DNA of 64,000 nucleotides from Octopus sinensis (taxonomy: Eukaryota): NCBI RefSeq assembly GCF_006345805.1, contig NC_043000.1, forward strand, positions 10,788,001 through 10,852,000. Reading direction: 5' to 3'. How positions within the stretch are numbered: position 1 is the stretch's first letter; each line of letters begins with the position of its first letter. Shown here piece by piece: positions 45,720 to 57,540 of this stretch. Both the position numbers and the translations under genes were made by a program. The notes beneath the pieces are model-generated. The model saw nothing but the letters and a program-made list of their open reading frames with translations, ran no database searches and had not been told where the DNA came from.

Positions 45720-46155
45720 CGCTATAAAAGCAAAGAGACAGGCCTGGAAAATGGTGGAAGCAGAAAATTATAGCAGGTAACTAGAAGAGCAGCTAGGCAT
45801 CAGGTTTACATAGCAAAAAGAATAGCAGAAGGTAAGAGATTTGGAAATGTTCTAAAGTATGAGGTGTTCAGGATTGTAAGGCAGTGTATCAGTGAGAATT
45901 GTGTGTGAATGGATAATGGTATGCTTGCACTTAATGACTCGGAGAAGAAAGAGGCATGGAAGTGCCACTATGAAAGGTTAGTAGATGTAAAAAAATGCAT
46001 GGGAAAAGGGGAGTCTTTCAAATATCAAACCAATCGAGGAGCCAACCATCAGAGTTGATAGTATTATAGATAAGGCAATCAAGGATAAAACAGGGAAAGT
46101 CCCTGGTCCATCAGGAATCACTGCTGAGATGATTAAAATATCTGGCAGTATAGGA
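45720..46155 (+). pseudogene. Decayed RTE ORF fragment (upstream of the RT domain)
   Basis: AIKAKRQAWK...KKEAWKCHYERL...TGKVPGPSGITAEMIKISGS, homologous to the 2150-2366 region. Confidence 0.85.
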
Positions 46156-46239
46156 TTATATACTGTTATATAATCCTATACTGAAACAAGTAAAAGATAA
46201 AATAATGTGTCAATTGAGGATATATATAGGCAATGAAAC

Positions 46240-46490
46240 TATTTAATGATTACTAAAGATTTTGTTACTGTTCTGTCAGCATGGCATGAGTGTGAGAGCC
46301 AAGAATTTGAGGTGTTGAAGTGACTGAGGATGATTACTTCAGAGGTGGGTGAAACGAAGGAGATGTCTGACACAGGAAGAGATATAGTTAAAGAGTTATT
46401 GGTGGTTTGAGGAGTTTGGAAAGTGATGGAGGAAGCAGCTGTGTTTGGAGAATCTGAGCAGGGAGACTTGAACCACATTAACTGGACATG
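46240..46490 (-). pseudogene. Decayed LINE apurinic-endonuclease (APE) fragment
   Basis: EVIILSHFNTSNSWLSHSCHAD resembles the APE motif (I)ILGDFN.HH..WL. Confidence 0.5.
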
Positions 46491-46634
46491 GGATGTGATT
46501 AGAAGGGAAGATGAAATCTACATATTTGCAGACACTGGTTTTTTAGAGCTAAGTTTCAGTAATAAATGTAGATGAATGGCAGAGACAGACTATAGATTGG
46601 AGTTGAGTAATTTGTACTTCAGAGAGGAACAAGA

Positions 46635-47350
46635 CATGCATATGGCGTAGTGGTTAAGAGCGTGGCCTATTAATCCCAAGATTCCGAGTTCGATTCCAGG
46701 CAGTGACCTCCTTATCTTCATCATCGTTTAACGTCCTCTTTCCATGCTAGCATGGGTTGGATGATTTGACTGAGGACTGGCGAACCAGATGGCTGCACCA
46801 GGCTCCAATCTTGATCTGGCAGAGTTCCTATGGTTGGATGTCCTTCCTAACACCAACCACTCTGAGAGTGTGGTGGGTGCTTTAACGTGCCACGAGAGCC
46901 AGTCAGGTGGTACTGGCAACGGCCATGCTCAAATGGTGTTTTTTTTATGTGCCACCTGCACAGGAGGCAGTCCAGTGGCACTGGCAACGATCTCATTCAA
47001 ATGTTTTTTTCACATGCCACCAGCACAATTGCCAGTAAGGCGATGCTGGTAATGATCATGCTCGACTGATGCTTTGTACGTGCCACCGGCACGGAAGCCA
47101 GTTAGCTGCTCTAGCAACGATCACACTCGGATGGTGCTCTAAGTGCTCCACTAGCCTGGATGCTAGTCATGGAATTTGATTTCAATTTCGATGACCTGAA
47201 TAATGATAATAATAACACCGAGAAATACCTTAGGAATGAGAACCCAGGTTCGAAATTTCCCCAAGACACCTGGTGAAGGCTGGAGGGTATATCAGCCGAA
47301 ATGTGTCAGCAACACAAGATGAGGACAAATATTCATCAAATATAAATAAA
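46635..47350 (+). mobile_element. SINE-G: tRNA-like head plus hammerhead-like tail, split by an RTE insertion (46710-47191, minus)
   Basis: A box TGGCGTAGTGG (46643-46653), B box GTTCGATTC (46688-46696), TGACCT duplicated at 46704 and 47192, ribozyme-like motif at 47265-47307. Confidence 0.7.
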
Positions 47351-48207
47351 GACGTGTCTTGTTTGCATGTTAGTTAGTTGCTGCTGGATCAAAGTCCCCA
47401 AATGTTAGTGAAGACAAGAGAGAATTGTCCAATGGGGTTAGTTTTAGCTTTTGACATCCAAGGAAGTATAGAGTGAGTTGGTGTATTGTGAGGTCACAGT
47501 AGCTGTTCTCTCTGATCAGGAGCCTGGTCCAGATGTTTCCATCAGAGTGAACTCTGTTAACCTTTTAGCATTTAAAGCAGTCATGTCTAGCCAAAATACT
47601 GTACCTGTTTTATGTTAAAACTGGCCAGATCTGGCCTCTCACACCTATCAGAAATGGTTACAAAGTATGCTTCTTAACCACACACCTAGGTCCGTGCCCA
47701 TGTCAAAAAAAAAACAAAAAACAAAACAGGCATGATGGTTATTGTGGAATAACTTTAACCATACATCTCAGTATACATTTAACCATGCTCAGTCAGGGTT
47801 GACCTGGAGCTAAACAAGTACTAATACCGTAGAATGTTGAATGGTGTGCTGTGTGAGGAGTTTGAACATAGGACTTCTGGTTCACCATACTATTTATTTA
47901 GGTTGTGTATTTACAAGTTAGCAGTTACAACTTGGATGTCACCTCAGGAGTAAGTGCTCTCTTCACTGGTGAAGCCTAATGAGGCCATTATCATTGTGCA
48001 CCTATTTTTATGTGTATATGGGGGTGTATGTTTGACACAGGAGAGGAAGGAAGATTAAAGGGAATTTGGTATGATAATGTTGTTAGGTATTCTAACATGT
48101 TTCTATGGCTATGTTCAGTTGCTTGGAGGAGAATAGATCTGTTGCTAAAGACAGTGTGGATTATTCTATGACCATCAGTTCTGTTTTCCACACAAGGTTT
48201 TCATGAT

Positions 48208-48527
48208 GCAGGAATGGCTGTGTGGTAAGTAGCTGGCCTACCAACCACATAGTTCCGGGTTCAGTCCCACTGCGGGGCACCTTGGGCGAGTGTCTTCTAC
48301 TATAGCCTCAGGCCGACCAAAGCCTTGTGAGTGGATTTGGTAGACGGAAACTGAAAGAAGCTTGTTGTATATGTGTGTCTGTGTTTGTCCCCGTAACTTA
48401 GCGTTTCGGCAAAAGAGACCAATAGAATAAGTACTAGGCTTACAAAGAATAAGTCTTGGGGTCGATTACTCGACTAAAGGTGGTGCTCCAGCATGGCCAC
48501 AGTCAAATGACTGAAACAAGTAAAAGA

Positions 48528-48530
<3 letters not shown>
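48208..48530 (+). mobile_element. SINE-A ending in (TA)n
   Basis: Family match. Confidence 0.88.
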
Positions 48531-48558
<28 letters not shown>

Positions 48559-48562
<4 letters not shown>

Positions 48563-48725
48563 GGTCCCGGGTTGAGTCGGGGTTAACCACAGTAAATAAG
48601 GTACTCAATACATAGCAGAGTAAAGTAATTTATTTTATAGAAGGAGCTTCTACAGGACTAGAACTGTTTCATTCATCTGAATGAAACAGTTCTAGTCCTG
48701 TAGAAGCTCCTTCTATAAAATAAAT
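48559..48725. repeat. Repeat terminus with a perfect 48-bp-arm palindrome (48628-48725), probably Penelope-like
   Basis: The arms are exact reverse complements around a TC loop and sit between (TA)n tracts. Confidence 0.85.
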
Positions 48726-49000
48726 ATATATATGCACATACGAGGGGGTGTTGAAAAGTTCCTAGATTTGGGTAAAAGAAAATACTAGAGAATCAGTTAA
48801 TTATGATTTCATACAATATATTCCCCTCTCTGATTCACACACTTATTGCAATGGTCCTTTAGTTTTTCTAAGCCCTGTAAAAGGACTGGGTCTTCAACCA
48901 GGACTTTTGCAATACTCTTAAAGCGAGGAACTTTTCTGCACTCTCTTGTTTTGTGTGTGTGTGTGTGTGTTTGTATGTATGTATGTATGTATATATATAT

Positions 49001-49250
49001 ATCTGTAAAATAATATGTGACAATTATTCAGTAGCCAAGAGTTTCGGATGCCGAGGTGGAGATCCACACCACCATCTCTTCGGTTATCTGGCCAGATAAC
49101 CGAAGAGATGGTGGTGTGGATTTCCACCTCGGCATCCGAAACTCAGTTTTAACTTGGCTACTGAATAATTGTCACATATTATTTTACAGATAAATTTCCT
49201 CTATTTACATAATATTGAGGTCTCTTTTTTTTTGTTATCTTACCGTTTTT
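49001..49250. repeat. Near-perfect ~190-bp palindrome (49001-49191) plus tail, probably a Penelope-like terminus
   Basis: Axis at CTGG|CCAG (49091/49092), one mismatch and one 9-nt indel, flanked by (TA)n. Confidence 0.85.
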
Positions 49251-49251
49251 A

Positions 49252-49282
<31 letters not shown>

Positions 49283-50194
49283 TACATGAAACTGAGGTAT
49301 ATACATGCACATGGTTTTATATATGTATGTATATGTGTGTGTGTGTGTTTATGTAAAGCTAGCCAGCTGAAGTTACTGTAACTCTTGTAAAGTTTCATAA
49401 ACGTATATTCTACTAAAAAATGAAGTGTTGAGTAATTCTTCAGTTTAATGTTGTGTCTTTTATATAACTTGACATAGAACGAACATTAGTACACACTGCT
49501 GATATGCCTCACATATAAACGTGTGTTTGGGTGCATGTGTGTGTTCCACTGCAGGGCAGAGAGAGAGAGAGAGAGCTCTGAATATTTTGTAGGTTTTCGT
49601 TTGACATGTGTAAGAGAAATATCTATCAGTGGCTGGTGTGCAATATATAGAGCAATCAGTAGGGTGCCTTGTGGTAGGTAGGGAGGATAAAAACAGCTTT
49701 CACCTGAACTATTACAACAGCTGCTCGGGTTAGGAAAACAGAAATCATTAAGAAAACCTGATAGCAGATCTTTGCCCTCCCACCCTCTTCATTGTGAAAT
49801 AAATTGTTGAAAGGAGCCAATCCACCATACTGCTTTCTTTAGCCAATTGATTCAATTGTCTACCTTCCTTGCCGCTCATACAAAACTCCACCCTCAGACA
49901 CCTTACTCCAATTTCTGCTCACTTCTTTCTAGGCATCATAATACAACTTTTAATCCATGCACTGTCACTTCTGTCTGTCAGTCAGTCTATCTGCCTGTGT
50001 CTATTTACCTCTTATCACATCAGATGTGAGAGCATCTCTCCTTATACCCACCTCATCTACCTCTTGCTATGATTATCTCATACTACACCTCTCCCAATAG
50101 ACTTACATATCACCAGTTAGCAATACCCAGTTCTATTTTTAATTCATGTTTAAATATTCATAACATCTCCAACATAGGATATTCACCTTACTCT

Positions 50195-51212
50195 TTTCTC
50201 TTTTTACTCTTTTACTTGTTTCAGTCATTTGACTGTGGCCATGCTGGAGCACCACCTTTAATCGAGCAACTCGACCCCGGGACTTATTCTTTTGTAAGCC
50301 CAGTACTTATTCTATCGGTCTCTTTTGCCGAACCGCTAAGTAACGGGGACATAAACACACCAGCATTGGTTGTCAAGCAATGCTAAGGGGACAAACACAG
50401 ACACACAAACACACACACGCATATATATATATATATACATATATACGACGGGCTTCTTTCAGTTTCTGTCCACCAAATCCACTCACAAGGCTTTGGATGG
50501 CCCGAGCCTACAGTAGAAGACACTTGCCCAAGGTGCCACGCAGTGGGACTGAACCCAGACCCATGTGGTTGGTAAACAAGCTACTTACCACACAGCCCAC
50601 AGCCACTCCTGCGCCTTAACTTTTTTTTTTTTAATATTGTTTCTTGTGTCACTAAAGATCATATACAAACAATAGAATAATATACAATTTATCTGATCCT
50701 TACAGATCCTTTACTTTCACTGTCATATGTGTATTACCCCACAGAGACCTACACAATTCAGCCTCTCACCATACAGTCTCTCCAGTCACTACAAATTTTC
50801 TACTTCACAACTATACAACATCACACCATACAATTTTTTCGGTTGCTCTTTTACTTATTCCAGTCATTTGACTGTGGCCATGCTGGAGCACCGCCTTTAG
50901 ACAAGCAAATCGATCCCAGGACTTATTCTTTGTAAGCCTAGTACTTATTCTATTGGTCTTTTTAGCTGAACCGCTAAGTTACGGGGATGTAAACACACCA
51001 GCATCGGTTGTCAAGTGGTGTTGGGGGGACAAACACACATATATATATACGATGAGCTTCTTTCAGTTTCCATCTACCAAATCCACTCACAAGGCTTTGG
51101 TCAGCCCGAGGCTATAGTAGAAAACACTTGCCCAAGGTGCCACGCAGTGGGAATGAACCCAGAACCATGTGGTTGGTAAGCAAGCTACTTACCACACAGC
51201 CACTCCTGCGCC
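50195..51212 (-). mobile_element. Two SINE-A copies (50195-50615 and 50845-51212)
   Basis: Family match on the minus strand. Confidence 0.88.
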
Positions 51213-51633
51213 TTGCTAAAAGTTCTCTACCTTCTTTGCCATACAGTATCACTGTACCGGAACTTACAGTTTCTCCAGTCACTACAGCTCCTCTACCTTC
51301 ACAATCATACAACACTACACCATGGACAAAATACGAGTTGCTGAAAAGTTCCTGGCTTTAAGGGTATCATGAAAGGCCTGGTTGGAGGCCCAACCTCCTG
51401 AGTTCTTTTACAGGGCTTAGAAAAGCTGAAGGACCATTGCAGTAAGGTCCATGCTAGACTGCTGAAATCTACAAGTTTTTTTCATTCTCTCTCTGTTTAT
51501 ATTCTCTTATTCCTTTCTGTTGAAGAGTGTAGGCTTGAAATGCAAAAGACTTTTCCATTTTCCCAAGTGTCAAACTAATATACTTACTTGTTCATACACT
51601 TGTCCTCATCTTTCGTTTTTCTATAAATTTCAG

Positions 51634-51682
<49 letters not shown>

Positions 51683-52332
51683 CATATAAGGGGTTGCTGA
51701 AAAGTTCCTGGATTTAAGGGTATTGCAAAATGCCTGGTTGGAGGCTCAACCTTCCAAGTTCTTTTACAGAGCTTAGAAAAACTGAGGGACCACTGCAGAT
51801 ATATCACTGTTCACTATATGCTTTGCATCATTTTAACCTTCGAATGATGCCACCCTGCAAGGCCATATATATATATAGCAAGTAAGTAACAAGGATGTCC
51901 AGGTATCAGCGCACTACGGCTGTTTAAAGCGGCTCCATTTAATCAATTAATGAAAACATTACATCAATTTGAAATAAACCGCTCTCCTCAAAAGCAGCCA
52001 ACCATATAGATTTACAACATAAAGAATAAACCATTTTTTAGCACAACTTTGCTTTTTATTCATCTAACTTTGAGCTGCGCAAATTTTACCAAACTGCTTG
52101 TGCCTCAATTTAAGTACCTAATTCTACAGAATCTCAATTATTCATATATATATATATATATATATAATTTAGAGAAAGGATGCTATTTAGTTATTCCATC
52201 AATAGTGAAAAAATATTATCTATAATAACCATGTAGAAATTAATTAAATTCCTTATAATTATTATTCTAAAAATCTCATAACAAATCAAACGTTAAATTG
52301 ATGGAATAACTAAATAGCGGTGTTTCTCTAGA

Positions 52333-52393
<61 letters not shown>

Positions 52394-52973
52394 TGTGAAT
52401 TTTGATATAGTGTGCTAAATTGAAATTTTTTTCCCCTGTTAGCTTGGAATTATTTCATTCCCTACTATTAATAATATTATTATAATTAATTAAAAAAATG
52501 AAGATAAAACAAGAAAAAAAAAACGTGAGGACGTGGTACATGCAAAATATTAAAAAGCGCTCAGGGAAGGAAAGAAAGGGTGTTTTATGTTTTCAGCAAA
52601 GCTCTTCTTCGGAAACAGGAGACAGAGGAAAGTCCAAGAGAAAAGGAAGACGGAGGGAAAATATCACCAACGATCCACATGTAGTTACATTTTGAAATCT
52701 ATCTATCTATCTATATATATATATATATCTTTTACTTGTTTCAGTCATTAGACTGTGGCCATGCTGGGGCACCACCTTGAAAAGATTTTAGTCAAATGTA
52801 TTGACTTCTGTACTTATTTTTGTGAAGCCTGGAACTTTATTATTTTTTTTGCTAAACCATTGAGTTACAGGGATGTAAACACATCAGTGGTTGTCAAGCG
52901 GTGTGGAGGGACAAACACAGACACAAAGACACACACACACACATACATACATACATACATATATATATATATA

Positions 52974-53470
52974 TTGGGTTGTCCAGAAAGTTCATGCCAA
53001 TTTATAGTAGCTTACTTTTCGACTTATTTTAGAACATGGTTGAGTCCATAAAATAGGATTTGACTACACCTCCATTTAGAGCACAGTTTAAGCTATCTTT
53101 TCATGGAAGAAGGTTTATGTTCCTATAACCTGTGTTAATTCTGTAACCCTTTAAAATGGAAGATAAGAAAGTTCATTTTTGGCACTTGATACTTTGGGAA
53201 CCAGATAAAAATTGCTGCAGTTCAGCTGGGATGTGTTACCCCACTCTCCATATTCACCAGATATTGTTCCTTTGGATTTCCACTTATTCAGGTCTCTGCC
53301 GAATAGTCTTAATGATAAAAATTTCAATGCCTTGGATGACGTAAAAAGATACCTTGATGAATTCTTTGCCATGAAACCACCTCAATTCTGGGAAGAGGGT
53401 ATTTTCAAGTTAATGGAAAGATGGAGATGCATTGTGCAACAAAATGGTTCATATTTGGTTGATTAAAAAT
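52974..53470 (+). mobile_element. Second copy of the mariner deletion derivative, right TIR lost, inserted in the (TA)n of a SINE-A
   Basis: TA|TTGGGTTGTCCAGAAAGTTCATGCC. Same deletion junction as 6114-6679. WDVLPHSPYSPDIVPLDFHLF...ERWRCIVQQNGSYLVD*. Confidence 0.9.
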
Positions 53471-53584
53471 GTAACATCTCTGCCAGCTCATTGCCTTACC
53501 CAAAGATAAAATATTAACCACTTAAAAGTGAAAGTTGCATTAGAACATGCAAGTACTGCAGTATCTGTCAAGAGAGAAAACCAG

Positions 53585-53775
53585 TCCATCACAGGTGAGC
53601 TGCAAGATGCAGGAGGAAAGAGTGAGAGAAAGTTGTAGCAAAAGTGTCAGCAGAAGTTCATCATTACCTTTTGCTGGAGCTTAGGTGTTTCGCTCATAAA
53701 AAACATACATTGCCTGGTCTGAGATTCGAACCCGCGAGTCCGCTGTTCTCAACCACTAGGCCATGTGCCTCCAAT
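53585..53775 (-). mobile_element. SINE-F, 3'-truncated
   Basis: Minus strand GGAGGCACATGGCCTAGTGG...GGTTCGAATCTCAGACC. Confidence 0.8.
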
Positions 53776-54204
53776 ATTAATTAATCTGGGGTTATACAAA
53801 AGACACTTGCCCAAGGTGCTGCACAGTTGGACTGAACCCTAGATTGCATGGTTGCAAAGCGAGCGTCTTAACCATAGAGCCATGCTTTTGACTATATAGA
53901 CTGATCTATTCTTTATTTGAACTGAATACTTATTGTCAAAATTGATGGTCATCCATTTCTTATTTTACTGAAGGTGGTTTGCAAGATAATACCAACTTTG
54001 ATCATAATGCAGACAATGCTTTAGTTGTGTTTTACTGTGTTGATGATGTATCTACATGCTGTAGTCAGAGGCATAGCCAGATTCTTAAGTCAGGGGGAAC
54101 AGACATAAAAAAAAAGTGCTGTGACATATACCAAACAATTTCAGTTATAATATGCATAATTGTATTCTATATTCATTAATTTCATATAAAAAAATAATGA
54201 TAAA

Positions 54205-54576
54205 ATGAAATTATTGTATACAGTGCTCAGGTGCACCACAACTTGTCAAAAAGTGCGTATAAAGCATATGCAGTAATGTACAAATGTCTGGGAAGTGAAC
54301 AGTGTACGAGTCAGATACATGCTTGCGTGTGTATGAAGGGGAGAAAATCAGGTGTAGTGTTGGCGAACCTCAGGAAGCATGGAAGTTTTGAAGGATGCAG
54401 TGCTCTGACAACTAACAACTGATGCCGGCAGTCTGTTCCATGCTTCAGCAACTCTTAGTGTGAAAAAATGTTTCCGAAAGTCATGGGAGCTGTGCTGTTT
54501 TCTGATTTTGTAAACATGTCCATGGGTGTTAGACAGGTGGAGTTTGAAAAGGTGCTCAGAGTTGTTGTTTGTAAGT
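54205..54576 (-). mobile_element. CR1-type LINE 3' end
   Basis: Nucleotide match to 61110-61490. Confidence 0.88.
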
Positions 54577-55494
54577 TATTTCAGTAACAATATCATTATG
54601 TATGAAACTTACAACTACTAATATAGGTATGATGTGAAAAAGATGAAACTCCATGGGATTGTCCAGTGTTGAGAGATTATGATGTCAGGGTTTGTTTTGG
54701 TTCTCCAGATCTCAGCAGCCACCAACACGTAACAGGAGATTGAACAGACTGTCCAAAAACACAGGAGGTTGGTCAAATAAAGTAACGTTTCCAGAAAGTT
54801 TTTCCAAGGACACAGAGTTGAAGAAAATTGTTGAACAAGTGCTAATTTTGAAAAATGTACTGGGGGAAAGTGGTTGCTTTCCCATTAGCTATATCACTGG
54901 TTGTAGTTGTTCTTGTTCAATGCTAAGTCAATCCGAATCAAATAGACCTGTGATTACAGGCATGCCAGCCATGACCTTCCTGTTTTATATTTTTACGTGA
55001 TGCACCCTCAACTACATTATCTAATGTGTCCAGAGAACATAATTTTTAAAATGCTAGGGTGCAATTTGATGGAGATTTGGCTATGCTTTCTAACAAACTG
55101 TACAGCCTTTTTTTAATTGGATATATAAAGTAATGTGTAGGTCGATGTAGTATTGCAGTGGAGTTCTTGCATATTGCAATGGATTTCTTGTGTGTTATTG
55201 CAGTGTTCTGGCATGTTATAGTGTCCTTAGCATGTTGTAGTAATATTGTAGTTTGTAGCGGTTGTGTTGTAGCTGGTCGTAATAATTTTCTGGTGATGTT
55301 TTAGTACCATATTTGATGCTATTCAAAATGCACTTTTTCCCAACAAAATTTATCTCAAAAAAAAAAAAAAATCACCCTGATCCTTTATATGTAGTTGGGT
55401 CTGTATTACATGCTTCAGTGCTCTGAAGACTTTAAGTCCCAAATATGTGCTACTAAAGTTGGGCTGCTGTCTACTATTCTTGTGTGTCTTTTAT

Positions 55495-55725
55495 ACCTAT
55501 TTCTTTACTACCCACAAGGGGCTACACACAGAGCGGACAAACAAGGACAGACAAACGGATTAAGTCGATTATATCGACCCCAGCGTGTAACTGATACTTA
55601 TTTAATCGACCCCGAAAGGATGAAAGGCAAAGTCGACCTCGGCGGAATTTGAACTCAGAACGTGATGGCAGACGAAATGCCGCAAAGCATTTCGCCCGGC
55701 GTGCTAACGTTTCTGCCAGCATGCT
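55495..55725 (-). mobile_element. SINE-B
   Basis: Family match on the minus strand. Confidence 0.88.
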
Positions 55726-55913
55726 GCCTTTTATACCACCAAATACAGTATATTACTGGAGTATTGTGTAGCAGTTGTGTTCTGTGTTGTAGTGGCATTC
55801 ATTCTAGTATGCTGTAGTGGTGTTTTAGTGTTATACTAAGCTACAACATACCACTTACAGTATACATTAGGGTATACTTTATTAATATATTATTATACTG
55901 TTATGTTTTCCAG

Positions 55914-55946
55914 AAAGATCTCGTGAAGAAACAGCGCAGCAAAACG
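55914..55946 (+). CDS. Candidate 33-nt micro-exon (KDLVKKQRSKT in phase 0, or x-RSREETAQQN-x in phase 1)
   Basis: GTTATGTTTTCCAG acceptor and ACG|GTGAGT donor. Length is divisible by 3, and it is CpG-rich against its surroundings. Confidence 0.45.
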
Positions 55947-56089
55947 GTGAGTTGTAGCAGTGTGGTAGTCGATGTTGTAGTAGGTGTAGTAGTATGATCA
56001 ATGTTTTCATAGTGTAGGCAGTGTTGTTGTAGGTGTGAGAGTATGCTCAATGTTATAGTGTAGTCAGTGTGGTAGTAGAAATTATAATA

Positions 56090-56445
56090 GGCGCAGGAGT
56101 GGCTGTGTGGTTAGTAGCTTGCTTACCAACAACATTGTTCCGGGTTCAGTCCCACTGCGTGGCACCTTGGGCAAGTGTCTTCTACTATAGCCTCAGGCTG
56201 AAAGAAGCCCGTCATCTATATATATATATATGTGTGTGTATATCTATGTGTCTGTGTTTGTCCCCTCAACATCTCTTGACAGCCGATGCTGGTGTGTTAA
56301 CGTCCCTGTAACTTAGCAGTTCGGCAAAAGAGACCAATAGAATAAGTACTAAGCTTACAAAGAATTAGTCCTGGGGTCGATTTGCTCGACTAAAGGTGGT
56401 GCTCCAGCATGGCCACCGTCAAATGACTGAAACAAGTAAAAGAGT
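56090..56445 (+). mobile_element. SINE-A with internal deletion
   Basis: GGCGCAGGAGTGGCTGTGTGG head through to the GAAACAAGTAAAAGAGTA tail. Confidence 0.88.
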
Positions 56446-56739
56446 AGATGTGGTAGTTTTCTCAGTGTACTGTAGAATTGGCAATATGGTGGTGATACTT
56501 GTAGATGTGGTAGTAGATATTGTAGTAGGTGTTGCAGTATTATCAATGTCCTGTTATATAGGCATTGTTGTAGATGTGGTAGTATGCTCAGTGTTGTACT
56601 GTAGTCAATATGATAGTGGAGCTTGTATCCTCAATAAATGTAATAGTAGGTGTTGCAGTATCATCAATGTTCTCTTGTGTAGGCAGTGTAGTAGTAGGTG
56701 TGGTAGCATGCACAATGCCCAACGAACTGTCATTTAACT

Positions 56740-57540
56740 CATTAACCTGAAGCTCTTCACCAACAGACTCCAATCCCTGGTCTGCTCACACAGCATCTCT
56801 TCTCTCTGACTTTCCTACTGTTACTAGAATGGCCCTTACTCCTTGTAACTGGCTTGTCTCAAGCCACTTTGTCTCGAGCACTCCCAACTCACTTGCCTTG
56901 GCCATACTCCTCGAACTCCAATCCAAACCAATAATCCAAGTCCTTCCTCTCCAGAACATCAACTGTCTGGAATGACCACCTTGCACAAGTTTCTTATTTC
57001 TTTACTGCCCACAAGGGGCTACACACAGAGGGGACAAACGAGGACAGACAAACGGATTAAGTCAATTATATTGACCCCATTGCATAACTGGTACTTATTT
57101 AATCAACCCTGAAAGGATGAAAGGCAAAGTCAATCTCGGCGGAATTTGAACTCAGAATGTAGCGGCAGACAAAATACCACTAAGCATTTTGCCCGGTGTG
57201 CTTAAGTTTCTTATTTTTTTTATTGCCCACAGAGGGGACAAACAAGGACAGACAAAGGGATTAAGTCGATTACATCGACTCCAGTGTGTAACTGGTACTT
57301 AATTTATTAACCCCGAAAGGATGAAAGGCAAAGTCGACCTCGGTGGAATTTGAACTCAGAACATAGCAGCAGACGAAATACCGCTGAGCATTTCGCCCGG
57401 CTGCTAACACTTCTGCCAGCTCGCCTTGCACATGTTTCACCTGCATCCATTGACTTGTAATTGTTCAAGAAGAAAATCTTAACAGTGTCACTCTCTCAGG
57501 TCTCAGACTACCTGCAGAAGCAATGAGCATAACTCTTGAC
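56740..57540 (+). pseudogene. Old Jockey/CR1-group LINE ORF2 C-terminus, split by a SINE-B dimer (56988-57423, minus)
   Basis: SKSFLSRTSTVWNDHLAH|VSPASIDL*LFKKKI resembles SFFPRT..LWN.LP..VFP....L..FK. TSD CCTTGCACA at 56979 and 57424. Confidence 0.65.
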
